Positions 1 to 7,736 of a stretch of DNA of 8,378 nt are shown piece after piece. The DNA is taken from IMG/VR virus record IMGVR_UViG_2703718799_000022; one strand, given 5' to 3'. This stretch comes from a virus. Lineage: Duplodnaviria > Heunggongvirae > Uroviricota > Caudoviricetes. The translations under genes and the position numbers were made by a program. The notes beneath the pieces were generated by a model. It had not been told where the DNA came from and did not search any database. It worked only from the letters and a program-made list of their open reading frames with translations. Every line of letters starts with the position of its first letter. The first letter of the stretch is position 1.

Positions 1-32
1 GCGCTCGTCTGATGTAAGAGATAAAGAAAGCG

Positions 33-284
33 ATGAGCGAAGTAATCATGATTGTCTCTCCCGGCAAATGGGTATCCGAAGAGCAGTTAATTGCGCTGAA
101 AGGAATAAAAAAAGGTACGTTAAAAAAGGCCCGGGAAAAATCGTTTATGGAAGGAAGGGAATATAAGCATGTCGCTCATGACGGTATGCCATGGGATAAC
201 AGTCCATGCTTTTACAACCTGGAAGAAATTGATCGCTGGATTGAGCGCCAGGCATCTGCAAGACCAAGACGTCATCTTGCTTGA
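33..284 (+). CDS. xis: Excisionase-like small DNA-binding protein (recombination directionality factor; resembles the DUF1233 putative-excisionase family of enterobacterial prophages)
   Basis: 83-aa ORF ending 20-35 nt upstream of the integrase start, same strand. The motif 'VSPGKWVSEEQL..GIK.GTL..AREKS..EGREYKHV..DG.PWDNS.C.YNLEEID.WIE' matches my recollection of small prophage excisionases. It is not lambda Xis. Start could be ATG 33 or ATG 48. Confidence 0.7.
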   Translation: MSEVIMIVSPGKWVSEEQLIALKGIKKGTLKKAREKSFMEGREYKHVAHDGMPWDNSPCFYNLEEIDRWIERQASARPRRHLA

Positions 285-318
285 CTAAAAGCAACACGAA
301 CCAATGAGAGAAGCTGAA

Positions 319-1599
319 ATGAAATATCCGACAGGCGTGGAAAACCATGGAGGGAAATTACGTATCTGGTTTGTTTATAAAGGTGTAAGAGTCCGGGAAA
401 ATCTTGGGGTTCCTGACACAGCAAAAAACAGGCGCATTGCAGGTGAGCTACGCGCCTCTGTTTGTTACGCAATAAAAACTGGCGCTTTCGACTATGCAAA
501 ACAGTTTCCCGCCTCACACAATCTGGAAAAATTTGGTGAGGCCCGACAAGATTTAACCATAAAAGAACTGGCTGAAAAATTTCTGGCACTGAAAGAAACT
601 GAAGTCGCAAAAACGTCACTCAACACGTACCGTGCCGTCATCAAAAATATTCTGAGCATAATCGGTGAAAAAAATCTTGCATCATCGATTAATAAAGAAA
701 AATTGCTGGCGGTACGTAAAGAGTTACTGACTGGATACCAGATCCCCAAAAGTAACTATATTGTTACACAACCAGGGAGATCGGCTGTTACCGTAAATAA
801 TTACATGACAAATCTTTACGCCGTGTTCCAGTTTGGTGTTGATAACGGTTATCTGGCAGACAATCCATTTAAGGGGATCTCACCATTAAAGGAGTCGAGA
901 ACCATCCCGGATCCACTTTCGCGGGAGGAGTTTATCCGCCTTATTGACGCGTGCAGAAATCAGCAAGCCAAAAATTTATGGTGTGTTTCCGTTTATACTG
1001 GGATTCGCCCTGGTGAACTCTGTGCGCTTGGGTGGGAAGATATAGATCTGAAAAATGGAACAATGATAATCAGAAGAAATCTGGCAAAAGACCGTTTTAC
1101 AGTACCAAAAACACAGGCGGGAACCAATCGTGTGATTCACCTTATTAAGCCCGCAATCGACGCTCTCCGGAGTCAGATGGCACTAACGAGACTGAGCAAA
1201 GAGCATATCATCGATGTTCACCTCAGAGAATTCGGCAGAACAGAGAAACAAAAATGTACCTTTGTTTTTCAACCTGAAGTGTCAGCGAAAGTAAAAAATT
1301 ATGGTGACCATTTTACCGTTGACTCAATAAGGCAGATGTGGGACGCAGCGGTAAAGCGTGCCGGAATCCGCCATCGCAAATCGTATCAGTCGAGACACAC
1401 TTATGCCTGCTGGTCGTTAACAGCAGGAGCTAACCCGGCATTCATTGCAAACCAGATGGGCCATGCAGATGCGCAAATGGTGTTTCAGGTGTACGGGAAA
1501 TGGATGTCAGAAAATAATAATGCGCAGGTAACGCTGTTAAATACACTGTTAAGCGAGTTTGCCCCAACCATGCCCCATAACGAAGAGATGAAAAGTTAA
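319..1599 (+). CDS. int: Phage integrase, tyrosine site-specific recombinase
   Basis: ORF 304-1599; ATG 319 preferred because GAGAAG lies 5 nt upstream, while ATG 304 has no Shine-Dalgarno. C-terminal catalytic signature present: R in 'GIRPGEL', 'SRHTYAC' (R-H box) and 'GHADAQMVFQVYGKW' (catalytic Tyr). Sits immediately downstream of xis. Sequence is unrelated to lambda Int. Confidence 0.9.
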   Translation: MKYPTGVENHGGKLRIWFVYKGVRVRENLGVPDTAKNRRIAGELRASVCYAIKTGAFDYAKQFPASHNLEKFGEARQDLTIKELAEKFLALKETEVAKTSLNTYRAVIKNILSIIGEKNLASSINKEKLLAVRKELLTGYQIPKSNYIVTQPGRSAVTVNNYMTNLYAVFQFGVDNGYLADNPFKGISPLKESRTIPDPLSREEFIRLIDACRNQQAKNLWCVSVYTGIRPGELCALGWEDIDLKNGTMIIRRNLAKDRFTVPKTQAGTNRVIHLIKPAIDALRSQMALTRLSKEHIIDVHLREFGRTEKQKCTFVFQPEVSAKVKNYGDHFTVDSIRQMWDAAVKRAGIRHRKSYQSRHTYACWSLTAGANPAFIANQMGHADAQMVFQVYGKWMSENNNAQVTLLNTLLSEFAPTMPHNEEMKS

Positions 1600-2000
1600 T
1601 TTTTTATTTATCAATTAGTTAGATTGAATGACTCTTGAAATCCATAATTCACAGGTGTTTTTTCCCATCCTGTGGTTTCCTTGGCGTTTTCTAGGTTTTT
1701 TCAGATAGTTGCATTTTTTTAAAAGCATCCTAAGTTCGATCTCAGTGTCTATCTGGGGCCTATTTCTGTCCCATATATGCCCCAAAAAACTCCCCAACAG
1801 ATAAGTAGTTTTTTCATGGATTTACGCGTAAAATCAATAACGGCTGGAAATCATTCAATACTCGCACTATCGAAAAATTTACCAGCCAACCGCAGCACGT
1901 TCTTGCATAAGGTGTGTCTGCGGTTTTTCAACTATTCAGATACATCACTCCCATCACATTCATTCCTCCACATCAAAGGCATATAGGCTATATCACCTTG
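1600..2000. other. Candidate attP region (core not identified)
   Basis: By analogy with lambda (xis then int then attP), the attachment site is expected within a few hundred bp past the integrase stop. The region is AT-rich with no credible ORF. I could not pinpoint a core or arm-type repeats by eye. Confidence 0.3.
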
Positions 2001-2247
2001 ATATTTTTCTTTTTCAGATAAAAACTGTTATCTATGTATACTTTTAAACCCAATCCGTGTAGAGTCTCTGCATAAGATAGTTTGCAGTTGCCGCTTCAGC
2101 TTGCGCCATAAACCGCCTGATTTTTGCTGCCACCTGTTAGCATTCCTGTATACCTGAAACGACAATGTTTATCTACGAACTTTAAGAACACCCAAGATAA
2201 AAATTGTCAACTATATCATATATAACACATTACTAATTCGAGGCTAT

Positions 2248-2361
2248 ATGAACAGCATACTGATAATCACTTCTCTCCTTATCATATTCAGCATTTTTAG
2301 TCATGCCCTAATAAAATTAGGGATTGGCATATCCAATAACCCAGACAAAACCGATGTATAA
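2248..2361 (+). CDS. Candidate 37-aa small hydrophobic peptide ([37 protein letters not shown]), predicted single transmembrane helix with polar C-tail
   Basis: ATG at 2248 preceded by GAGG at 2240-2243 (4-nt spacer). Open frame to TAA at 2359-2361. Not in the supplied ORF track (below its length cutoff). AT-rich, with five rare ATA Ile codons, so chance occurrence is not excluded. Lies 68 bp upstream of and co-directional with the 77-aa ORF. Confidence 0.3.
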
Positions 2362-2429
2362 GTCAACATATCCTGAATCAGACATACAATATCGCAATGA
2401 AAATCAATAATATTTTAAGGAATATCTTC

Positions 2430-2663
2430 ATGAAATCAAAAGACACCCTAAAGTGGTTCCCTGCGCAGCTTCCTGAAGTAAGAATTATCCTAGGGGATGC
2501 TGTAGTGGAAGTAGCAAAACAGGGAAGACCTATCAATACCAGAACATTGCTTGATTACATTGAAGGAAACATAAAGAAAAAATCATGGCTGGATAACAAA
2601 GAATTATTACAAACAGCGATATCAGTTCTTAAAGACAACCAAAATTTAAATGGTAAAATGTAA
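2430..2663 (+). CDS. Hypothetical 77-aa protein of unknown function
   Basis: The track ORF 2397-2663 has no RBS at ATG 2397. The in-frame ATG at 2430 is preceded by AAGGA (2417-2421) with an 8-nt spacer. No family recognised from the sequence (MKSKDTLKWFPAQLPEVRIILGDAVVEVAKQGRPINTRTLLDYIEGNIKKKSWLDNKELLQTAISVLKDNQNLNGKM). Confidence 0.5.
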   Translation: MKSKDTLKWFPAQLPEVRIILGDAVVEVAKQGRPINTRTLLDYIEGNIKKKSWLDNKELLQTAISVLKDNQNLNGKM

Positions 2664-2979
2664 TATAATAAACTTACTTTTTTATCATTTTTCCACTTTA
2701 ACAACATTTTGCTCCACTTTTCCACGACCAAACAACTTGAAATCTGGTTAAAATAACACGCAACACTATTCTTCTTCCTTGAGTCCGCCCGGAACTCGAA
2801 AAACAAACCGAGTTAAAGCCATTTTTCACAAAATCGATTTTGGGTCTCACCAAAATTACGGGGTTGCATACGCATTCGTTTATTTTCGAACGTGTACATA
2901 CAAATATGCACAAAAATAATCAAAATTATTTTCTGAGATGCATTATGATATGAACACCAATTTCGTATAGAGTCTCACT

Positions 2980-3570
2980 ATGTCTCGAATTTTTGCTTAC
3001 TGTCGGATATCAACGCTGGATCAGACCATCGAAAATCAACGCCGGGAAATCGAAAGTGCAGGTTTTAAAATCAAACCTCAGCAAATAATCGAAGAACACA
3101 TTAGCGGCTCAGCAGCAACCAGTGAGCGTCCTGGTTTTAACCGGTTGCTTGCTCGCCTGAAATGTGGTGATCAATTGATTGTGACAAAACTGGATCGCCT
3201 TGGTTGTAATGCAATGGATATCAGGAAAACAGTGGAACAACTGACCGAAACAGGTATCAGAGTGCATTGCTTAGCATTGGGGGGCATTGACCTGACCAGT
3301 CCAACAGGAAAAATGATGATGCACGTAATTTCAGCAGTCGCTGAATTTGAACGAGACCTTTTACTTGAACGCACTCATTCCGGGATAGTAAGAGCCCGCG
3401 GCGCAGGGAAACGTTTTGGTCGACCACCTGTGTTAAATGAAGAACAGAAACAGGTGGTATTCGAACGAATTAAGTCAGGTGTAAGTATAAGTGCCATTGC
3501 CCGGGAATTCAAAACCTCGCGGCAAACCATTTTAAGAGCCAAAGCAAAACTTCAGACACCTGACATATAA
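2980..3570 (+). CDS. pin: Serine DNA invertase of the Pin/Hin/Gin/Cin family
   Basis: 196-aa ORF with the N-terminal resolvase catalytic motif '[11 protein letters not shown]' (active-site Ser) and a C-terminal helix-turn-helix '[17 protein letters not shown]'. Near-identical, as far as I recall, to E. coli prophage Pin proteins (PinR/PinE). Located next to tfa as in Rac and e14. Confidence 0.93.
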   Translation: MSRIFAYCRISTLDQTIENQRREIESAGFKIKPQQIIEEHISGSAATSERPGFNRLLARLKCGDQLIVTKLDRLGCNAMDIRKTVEQLTETGIRVHCLALGGIDLTSPTGKMMMHVISAVAEFERDLLLERTHSGIVRARGAGKRFGRPPVLNEEQKQVVFERIKSGVSISAIAREFKTSRQTILRAKAKLQTPDI

Positions 3571-3667
3571 AAAATAATCTCGGTGTGAGATGCTTTACGT
3601 CTTCCAAGCCCCCTTCCTTGCCGTAAATGGAAAGATACATCTAATTATAGAATTTATATGTTTTACC

Positions 3668-4243
3668 CTACGGCAGTGCTGGCCATTCAATATCCTGTGC
3701 AGTTGACGTATCAACACGGTTCAGCAACACCCGATACTTTTTCCAGGCTTCCAGCAATGAGGTTTCTTCCTCCGTTGCGATTTCCAGATCTACAGCATCC
3801 TGAAGTGGCGCAATATGCTCACTGGCTACCTGCATCAGGCTGTTTTTTGTTTCTTCCGCCTCTCGGATCCGGAACAGTTTTTCTGCTTCTGCATCTTTCA
3901 CCCAGGCTGTGCCGTTCCACTTCTGAAACTCCCCTTCCGGCGATAACCAGGTAACATTTTCCGGTAACGGACCGAGTTCAGAAATAAATAACGCGTCCCC
4001 TGACGCTACGTCATAAACCGTTTTACCCCGATGGTCTTCAACGAGATGCCACGATGCCTTATCACTGTTGAAAACAGCCACAAAGCCAGCAGGAATATCT
4101 GGTGGTGCAATATCGGTACTGTTTGCTGGCAGACCTGTATGAGGCGGAATATATGCGTCACCTTCACCAATAAATTCATTAGTTCCGGCCAGCAGATTAT
4201 AAATTTTTATGGTCCGTGGTTGTTCACTCATTCTGAATGCCAT
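3668..4243 (-). CDS. tfa: Tail fibre assembly protein (chaperone for Stf)
   Basis: 191-aa ORF starting [24 protein letters not shown]..., matching lambda Tfa as I recall it. The start ATG (4243-4241) overlaps the stf stop TAA (4245-4243) in the sequence TAATG. Confidence 0.93.
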   Translation of the reverse strand: MAFRMSEQPRTIKIYNLLAGTNEFIGEGDAYIPPHTGLPANSTDIAPPDIPAGFVAVFNSDKASWHLVEDHRGKTVYDVASGDALFISELGPLPENVTWLSPEGEFQKWNGTAWVKDAEAEKLFRIREAEETKNSLMQVASEHIAPLQDAVDLEIATEEETSLLEAWKKYRVLLNRVDTSTAQDIEWPALP

Positions 4244-7002
4244 TATGCAAGCCTCACAATATAGTTAAATGCGATGTTTTTGACGGTGTTTTCCGCGTTA
4301 CCAGCAGCGTTAACGGTGATGGTGTGTCCATGTGAACCAATCGCAACGGAGTGCGTATGAGCACCAATACCGACAGTATGCGCGTGTGCACCTGCAGATG
4401 CTGCTGTGCCGGACAGTGAATGGCTATGATTACCATCTGTACTGGTATTCGCTAACCACCCCGTAGACATACCTACTGAGCCTTGTACACCCCAGGTATT
4501 TTGACCTGAGCTTGTATAACCATATTGATAAGTATCTTTAAAAACACTGGGGTTAAATCGACGGCCATCTCTATGGCTGTGATTACCAGCTGCATTCGTG
4601 CTGCCACTTAAACTATGGGTATGCGCACCAGTGTTATTCGTGGATTTAGTGCCGTAATCAAACGACGATGTGGTTTTCGTCCCCAAATCCGTACTGGATG
4701 CGCTGGCGCTGTGGGTATGCGATTTAATGCCGTCCTGTTCCTGAGACAATACGGCCCGACCACTGGCAGGTTTGCCCTTAATCGTCCAGCCACGCATATC
4801 AGGGATCACGCCTGACGGATAAGCCGCTGCAAGTTTCGGGTATGCAGATTTGTCAAAAGCCTGCCCCTGCATCAGGGCATAGCCAGACGAATAAATATCG
4901 TAAGTATCACCAGATGTATTAACCCAGGCAAAATTTGTAAACCCTGTCAATGTGCGCTGCCATAAAGCACCAGTAATCCCCTTCGGATTACCATTACCTG
5001 CACGTAAAACAAGTTCAGATATACCTGCCTGTTGAGGTGACCCCACGTTAAATCCAGCGCCACCAATCAACGTAATTGAAACAACAGAACTCGCCTGTGG
5101 CATGGTTACCGTTGCTAATTTGAACCAACCAGCACCACCGCTGAATGACATTGTTGTTGAGTTAAGCGTACCAATATCTTTCGGCGTCAGTGTTATATCC
5201 GCTGAAAGCGCCTTACCATTCACCTTACGGGCAGAAGGTACCCGACCATTCGCATTGTCATTAGCTGCTTTCACTGCTTTCGGTGTCGCAGCAAGCGTTT
5301 CAGATGTGCTGTTGGTTGCACTACTGAGCTGGACAATTCCTTTTTGTGCTGTCGTAGCGTCCTGTGCGGTGTATTTCCCGTTAGCCAGGTCATACGCGGC
5401 CTTAACGGCTTTTGGCGTTGCCGCCTGTGACTCGGAAGTGCTGTTAGTCGCACTGCTGAGCTGAACTATCCCTTTCTGTCCTGTCGTTGCATCCTGTGCG
5501 GTGTATTTCCCGTTAGCCAGGTCATACGCGGCCTTAACGGCTTTTGGCGTTGCCGCCTGTGACTCGGAAGTGCTGTTGGTCGCACTGCTGAGCTGTACTC
5601 CCCCCTTTTTCGTCGTGCTCGCATCCTCAAGCGCCACGGCGGATGCAATATCCTCTGCACGTTTTGCCGCTGTCTCAGCGCGCGTTGCTGCGGATTCTGC
5701 CGTACTTTTGCTCTGTGCTGCCGCTGCCGCACTGCCAGCAGCCTCTGTCGCCTTCGTGGATGCCGTCGTGGCGCTGCCCCTCGCTGCTGACGCCTGTCTG
5801 GTCGCCTCATCTTTTGAAGCAGACGCAGATGATGCCGATGACGCCGCCGAACTGGCGGACGATGCGGCAGCCGTTTTTGAGGATTCTGCGCTGGTTTCCG
5901 ACGCTTTCGCGTTCGTTTCGGATGTCTTCGCTGCGGAAGCAGACCTCGCTGCTGCGCTGGCCTGTTCAGTGGCTTCGCCAGCCTTCGTTGTGGCTGTTGA
6001 AGCGGATGATGCGGCGCTTTCTGCCGATTTTCCGGCGGCGGTGGCACTGACTGCTGCCTCCTCTGCCTTAATGGACGCCTCACGGGCCGATGATGCAGCT
6101 GCTGTCTCAGAGTCTGCCGCAGCTGAGGCGCTCTGTTCCGCTGCCGTTTCAGAAGACTTAGCATTCGTCTCGGACGTTTTTGCCGCCTTCACGGAATTTC
6201 CTGCCGCCATTGCCGAGGAGGCTGCACTGCTGGCGCTTGTGGAGGCGTTCGTTTCTGATGATTTTGCCGCCTCTTTGGAGGCCGCCGCATCTCTGGCTGA
6301 AGTGGCGGCTTCTGACGCTTTCGTCGTCGCAGTGGATGCAGAAGTGGCTGCTGATTTTTGTGACGCTGCAGCATTCGTTTCTGACGTTTTCGCGGCACCG
6401 GCACTGGTGGCCGCCGCGCTTTTTGAGGACTCTGCAGCGGCAGCACTTTTTGATGCTTCTGTGGCCTTTGTTGATGCTGTTCCTGCGCTGGAAGACGCTG
6501 ACTGAGCCGACGTCGCGGCCTGCCCGGCTGATGTGCTGGCTGCACGTGCTGAGCCTGCAGCATCAGTCGCATGGGTTGCCGCCTCACGGGCTGATGTGCC
6601 GGCATCGCCGGCTGACTTCTTCGCGGCTGCCGTGTTCTGTGCCACCGCGGACGCGTTACGCGCCACCTCTTCCACCATCAGCTCAAAACGGCGCAGTGCC
6701 TCCGGACGGGCATCATCCTCCGTCATGGCACCGAGAAAATCATTCAGCGTACCGGGTCGGGAATCTTCATACACGGTGATGGTCCCGGCATGTGACGGCG
6801 GGAATCCTTCCACCAACAGAATAACGCTGTACTGACCGTACTCAACGTCCATACTGTAACGCCCGGCTTCATCCGGATTTTCTGAGGCCAGCGTGTTCAC
6901 CACCACCGTGGTGCTGTTACGTTTTGCTTTCAGCTGGATTGTGCAGTTCTGTACCGGTTTTCCTGTGCCGTCTTTCAGTACACCTGAAATCTTTACTGCC
7001 AT
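4243..7002 (-). CDS. stf: Side tail fibre protein (lambda Stf-like), apparently intact
   Basis: Track ORF 4243-7008 begins at a GTG; the ATG two codons in (7002-7000) gives [26 protein letters not shown]..., the lambda Stf N-terminus as I recall it. Long Ala/Ser/Thr-rich shaft, three tandem 44-aa repeats, His-rich HxH motifs near the C-terminus, and the C-terminal '[18 protein letters not shown]' typical of Stf and T4 gp37-type fibres. Confidence 0.93.
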   Translation of the reverse strand: MAVKISGVLKDGTGKPVQNCTIQLKAKRNSTTVVVNTLASENPDEAGRYSMDVEYGQYSVILLVEGFPPSHAGTITVYEDSRPGTLNDFLGAMTEDDARPEALRRFELMVEEVARNASAVAQNTAAAKKSAGDAGTSAREAATHATDAAGSARAASTSAGQAATSAQSASSSAGTASTKATEASKSAAAAESSKSAAATSAGAAKTSETNAAASQKSAATSASTATTKASEAATSARDAAASKEAAKSSETNASTSASSAASSAMAAGNSVKAAKTSETNAKSSETAAEQSASAAADSETAAASSAREASIKAEEAAVSATAAGKSAESAASSASTATTKAGEATEQASAAARSASAAKTSETNAKASETSAESSKTAAASSASSAASSASSASASKDEATRQASAARGSATTASTKATEAAGSAAAAAQSKSTAESAATRAETAAKRAEDIASAVALEDASTTKKGGVQLSSATNSTSESQAATPKAVKAAYDLANGKYTAQDATTGQKGIVQLSSATNSTSESQAATPKAVKAAYDLANGKYTAQDATTAQKGIVQLSSATNSTSETLAATPKAVKAANDNANGRVPSARKVNGKALSADITLTPKDIGTLNSTTMSFSGGAGWFKLATVTMPQASSVVSITLIGGAGFNVGSPQQAGISELVLRAGNGNPKGITGALWQRTLTGFTNFAWVNTSGDTYDIYSSGYALMQGQAFDKSAYPKLAAAYPSGVIPDMRGWTIKGKPASGRAVLSQEQDGIKSHTHSASASSTDLGTKTTSSFDYGTKSTNNTGAHTHSLSGSTNAAGNHSHRDGRRFNPSVFKDTYQYGYTSSGQNTWGVQGSVGMSTGWLANTSTDGNHSHSLSGTAASAGAHAHTVGIGAHTHSVAIGSHGHTITVNAAGNAENTVKNIAFNYIVRLA
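5240..5606 (-). repeat. Tandem direct repeat, 132-bp period, about three copies, inside stf
   Basis: 'ctgagctg' recurs at 5324, 5456 and 5588 (spacing exactly 132). Copies 5341-5463 and 5473-5595 are nearly identical at DNA level; the third (lowest-coordinate) copy is more diverged. Encodes the 44-aa unit '[44 protein letters not shown]'. Confidence 0.85.
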
Positions 7003-7011
7003 ATTCACCCC

Positions 7012-7040
7012 ACAAAAAAGCCCGCCTGAACCGGCGGGCT
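7012..7040 (-). terminator. Rho-independent terminator downstream of lom, immediately upstream of the stf start
   Basis: Minus-strand sequence agcccgcc-ggttca-ggcgggct forms an 8-bp GC-rich stem with a 6-nt loop, followed by ttttttgtgg. About 10 nt separate the T-tract from the stf ATG. Confidence 0.7.
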
Positions 7041-7066
7041 GTCATAACACTGTGTTACCTGGCTAA

Positions 7067-7666
7067 TCAGAATTTATAACCGACACCCACGATGAAACTG
7101 TTGGTACGCCAGTCACCGCTGCCGGAGCCTTCATAAGCGACGTCAACGGCCACGGATTCGGTCGGGTTAAACTGCACGCCAGCTCCCCACGCCAGAGACG
7201 TGTTGCTGTGGCGACCGTCATCACTTCCGGTCAGCACATCGTGCGTTTTCCCCTTGTTGTCAGTTACGCGGATATAATCTCCGGAGAAAGTCGAAACACG
7301 GCTGTAAGCCATACCCGCCATCGCATACGCGCTGAACCATTCATTCACGCGCACAGACGGCCCCGCCATCACGCTGAACCAGCGGTTACGCACGGAATCT
7401 TCATGCCAGCGGGTATCGCTGTAATGCGTTTTTTGCTCATCTTCAGCGTTGGCATAACTGAATGACGTAATCAGCCCCAGCGTGTCCGTAAACTCATAAC
7501 GGTATTTCACGTTAATCCCGTTCAGATTATCGCTGCCGGGAGCGTTCGTACGGGCATGAAGATACCCTGCGCTCAGTGTGGCCTGCTGCTCAGACGCCCA
7601 TGCAGGCGCACCGGATACGGCCAGACAGATGGCTGCGGACAAAATGGCTGCACAAACTTTACGCAT
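7067..7666 (-). CDS. lom: Outer membrane beta-barrel protein Lom (Ail/Lom/PagC family)
   Basis: 199-aa [29 protein letters not shown]... with a signal peptide and the C-terminal 'FIVGVGYKF' beta-barrel end; matches lambda Lom as I recall it. GAGAGG lies 6 nt upstream of the ATG. Sits between J and stf as in lambda. Confidence 0.95.
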   Translation of the reverse strand: MRKVCAAILSAAICLAVSGAPAWASEQQATLSAGYLHARTNAPGSDNLNGINVKYRYEFTDTLGLITSFSYANAEDEQKTHYSDTRWHEDSVRNRWFSVMAGPSVRVNEWFSAYAMAGMAYSRVSTFSGDYIRVTDNKGKTHDVLTGSDDGRHSNTSLAWGAGVQFNPTESVAVDVAYEGSGSGDWRTNSFIVGVGYKF

Positions 7667-7690
7667 AATTACCTCTCGCTTTTCTGCAAT

Positions 7691-7720
7691 AAAAAAGGCG
7701 TCATTCCTGACGCCCTTTAT
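7691..7720 (-). terminator. Rho-independent terminator between J and lom
   Basis: Inverted repeat ggcgtca-ttcc-tgacgcc (7-bp stem, 4-nt loop). On the minus strand it is followed by ttttttattg; on the plus strand by ctttattgg, so it may act in both directions. Confidence 0.7.
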
Positions 7721-7736
7721 TGGGGTTATAAATATT

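Noticed and set aside
145-749. Minus-strand ORFs 145-348, 272-619 and 492-749 overlapping xis and int
   Set aside because: Antisense to two well-supported genes, with no start signals and no recognisable products.
1730-1760. tRNA-like T-loop 'gTTCGATCtc' as a marker of a tRNA-derived att core
   Set aside because: Flanking bases do not form the T-stem and there is no acceptor-stem/CCA context.
1615-1986. ORFs 1615-1797 (-, TTG start) and 1777-1986 (+) in the presumed att region
   Set aside because: No Shine-Dalgarno, non-ATG or weak starts, AT-rich low-complexity sequence where att and regulatory sites are expected.
2893-2912. Imperfect palindrome TGTACATA-caaa-TATGCACA upstream of pin, considered as an operator
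   Set aside because: A 7/8 inverted repeat in AT-rich DNA is expected several times by chance in a region this size; nothing else supports it.
2555-2913. Minus-strand ORFs 2555-2806 and 2698-2913 between the 77-aa ORF and pin
   Set aside because: The first overlaps the better-supported plus-strand 77-aa ORF. Neither has a credible RBS, and the products are Phe/Cys-rich oddities typical of AT-rich noise.
2916-2937. Possible hix/gix-like crossover half-site 'TAATCAAAATTA' upstream of pin
   Set aside because: Only about 8/12 match to the half-site consensus and no inverted partner half-site, so it does not form a credible 26-bp crossover site.
2049-2979. Shared motif 'ccaat..cgt.tagagtctc' at 2049-2071 and 2957-2979, the latter directly upstream of the pin ATG
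   Set aside because: A 9-bp exact core plus flanking similarity with one indel. Matches of this size are expected many times by chance in 8.4 kb, so it is not evidence of paired recombination or operator sites.
3171-4264. ORFs 3171-3374 (-), 3658-3954 (+) and 4031-4264 (+), antisense to pin and tfa
   Set aside because: Entirely inside or opposite confidently identified genes; no RBS and no recognisable products.
4097-6410. Chi sites (GCTGGTGG)
   Set aside because: Only 7/8 near-matches were seen by eye (tCTGGTGG near 4099, aCTGGTGG near 6403); no exact Chi in either orientation. The scan was manual, so an exact site may have been missed.
5102-6835. Long ORFs inside the stf locus on both strands (5102-5464 +, 5466-6164 -, 5501-6505 +, 5643-6050 +, 6180-6779 +, 6189-6605 -, 6533-6835 +), with Ala-rich or Arg/Pro-rich translations
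   Set aside because: These are shadow frames of the GC-rich, GCN-codon-rich Ala/Ser/Thr shaft of stf. They have low-complexity products, no independent RBS, and lie wholly within a well-supported gene.
4243-7002. Diversity-generating retroelement targeting the tail fibre
   Set aside because: No reverse transcriptase gene and no template/variable repeat pair; the only repeats are in-frame tandem repeats within the shaft.
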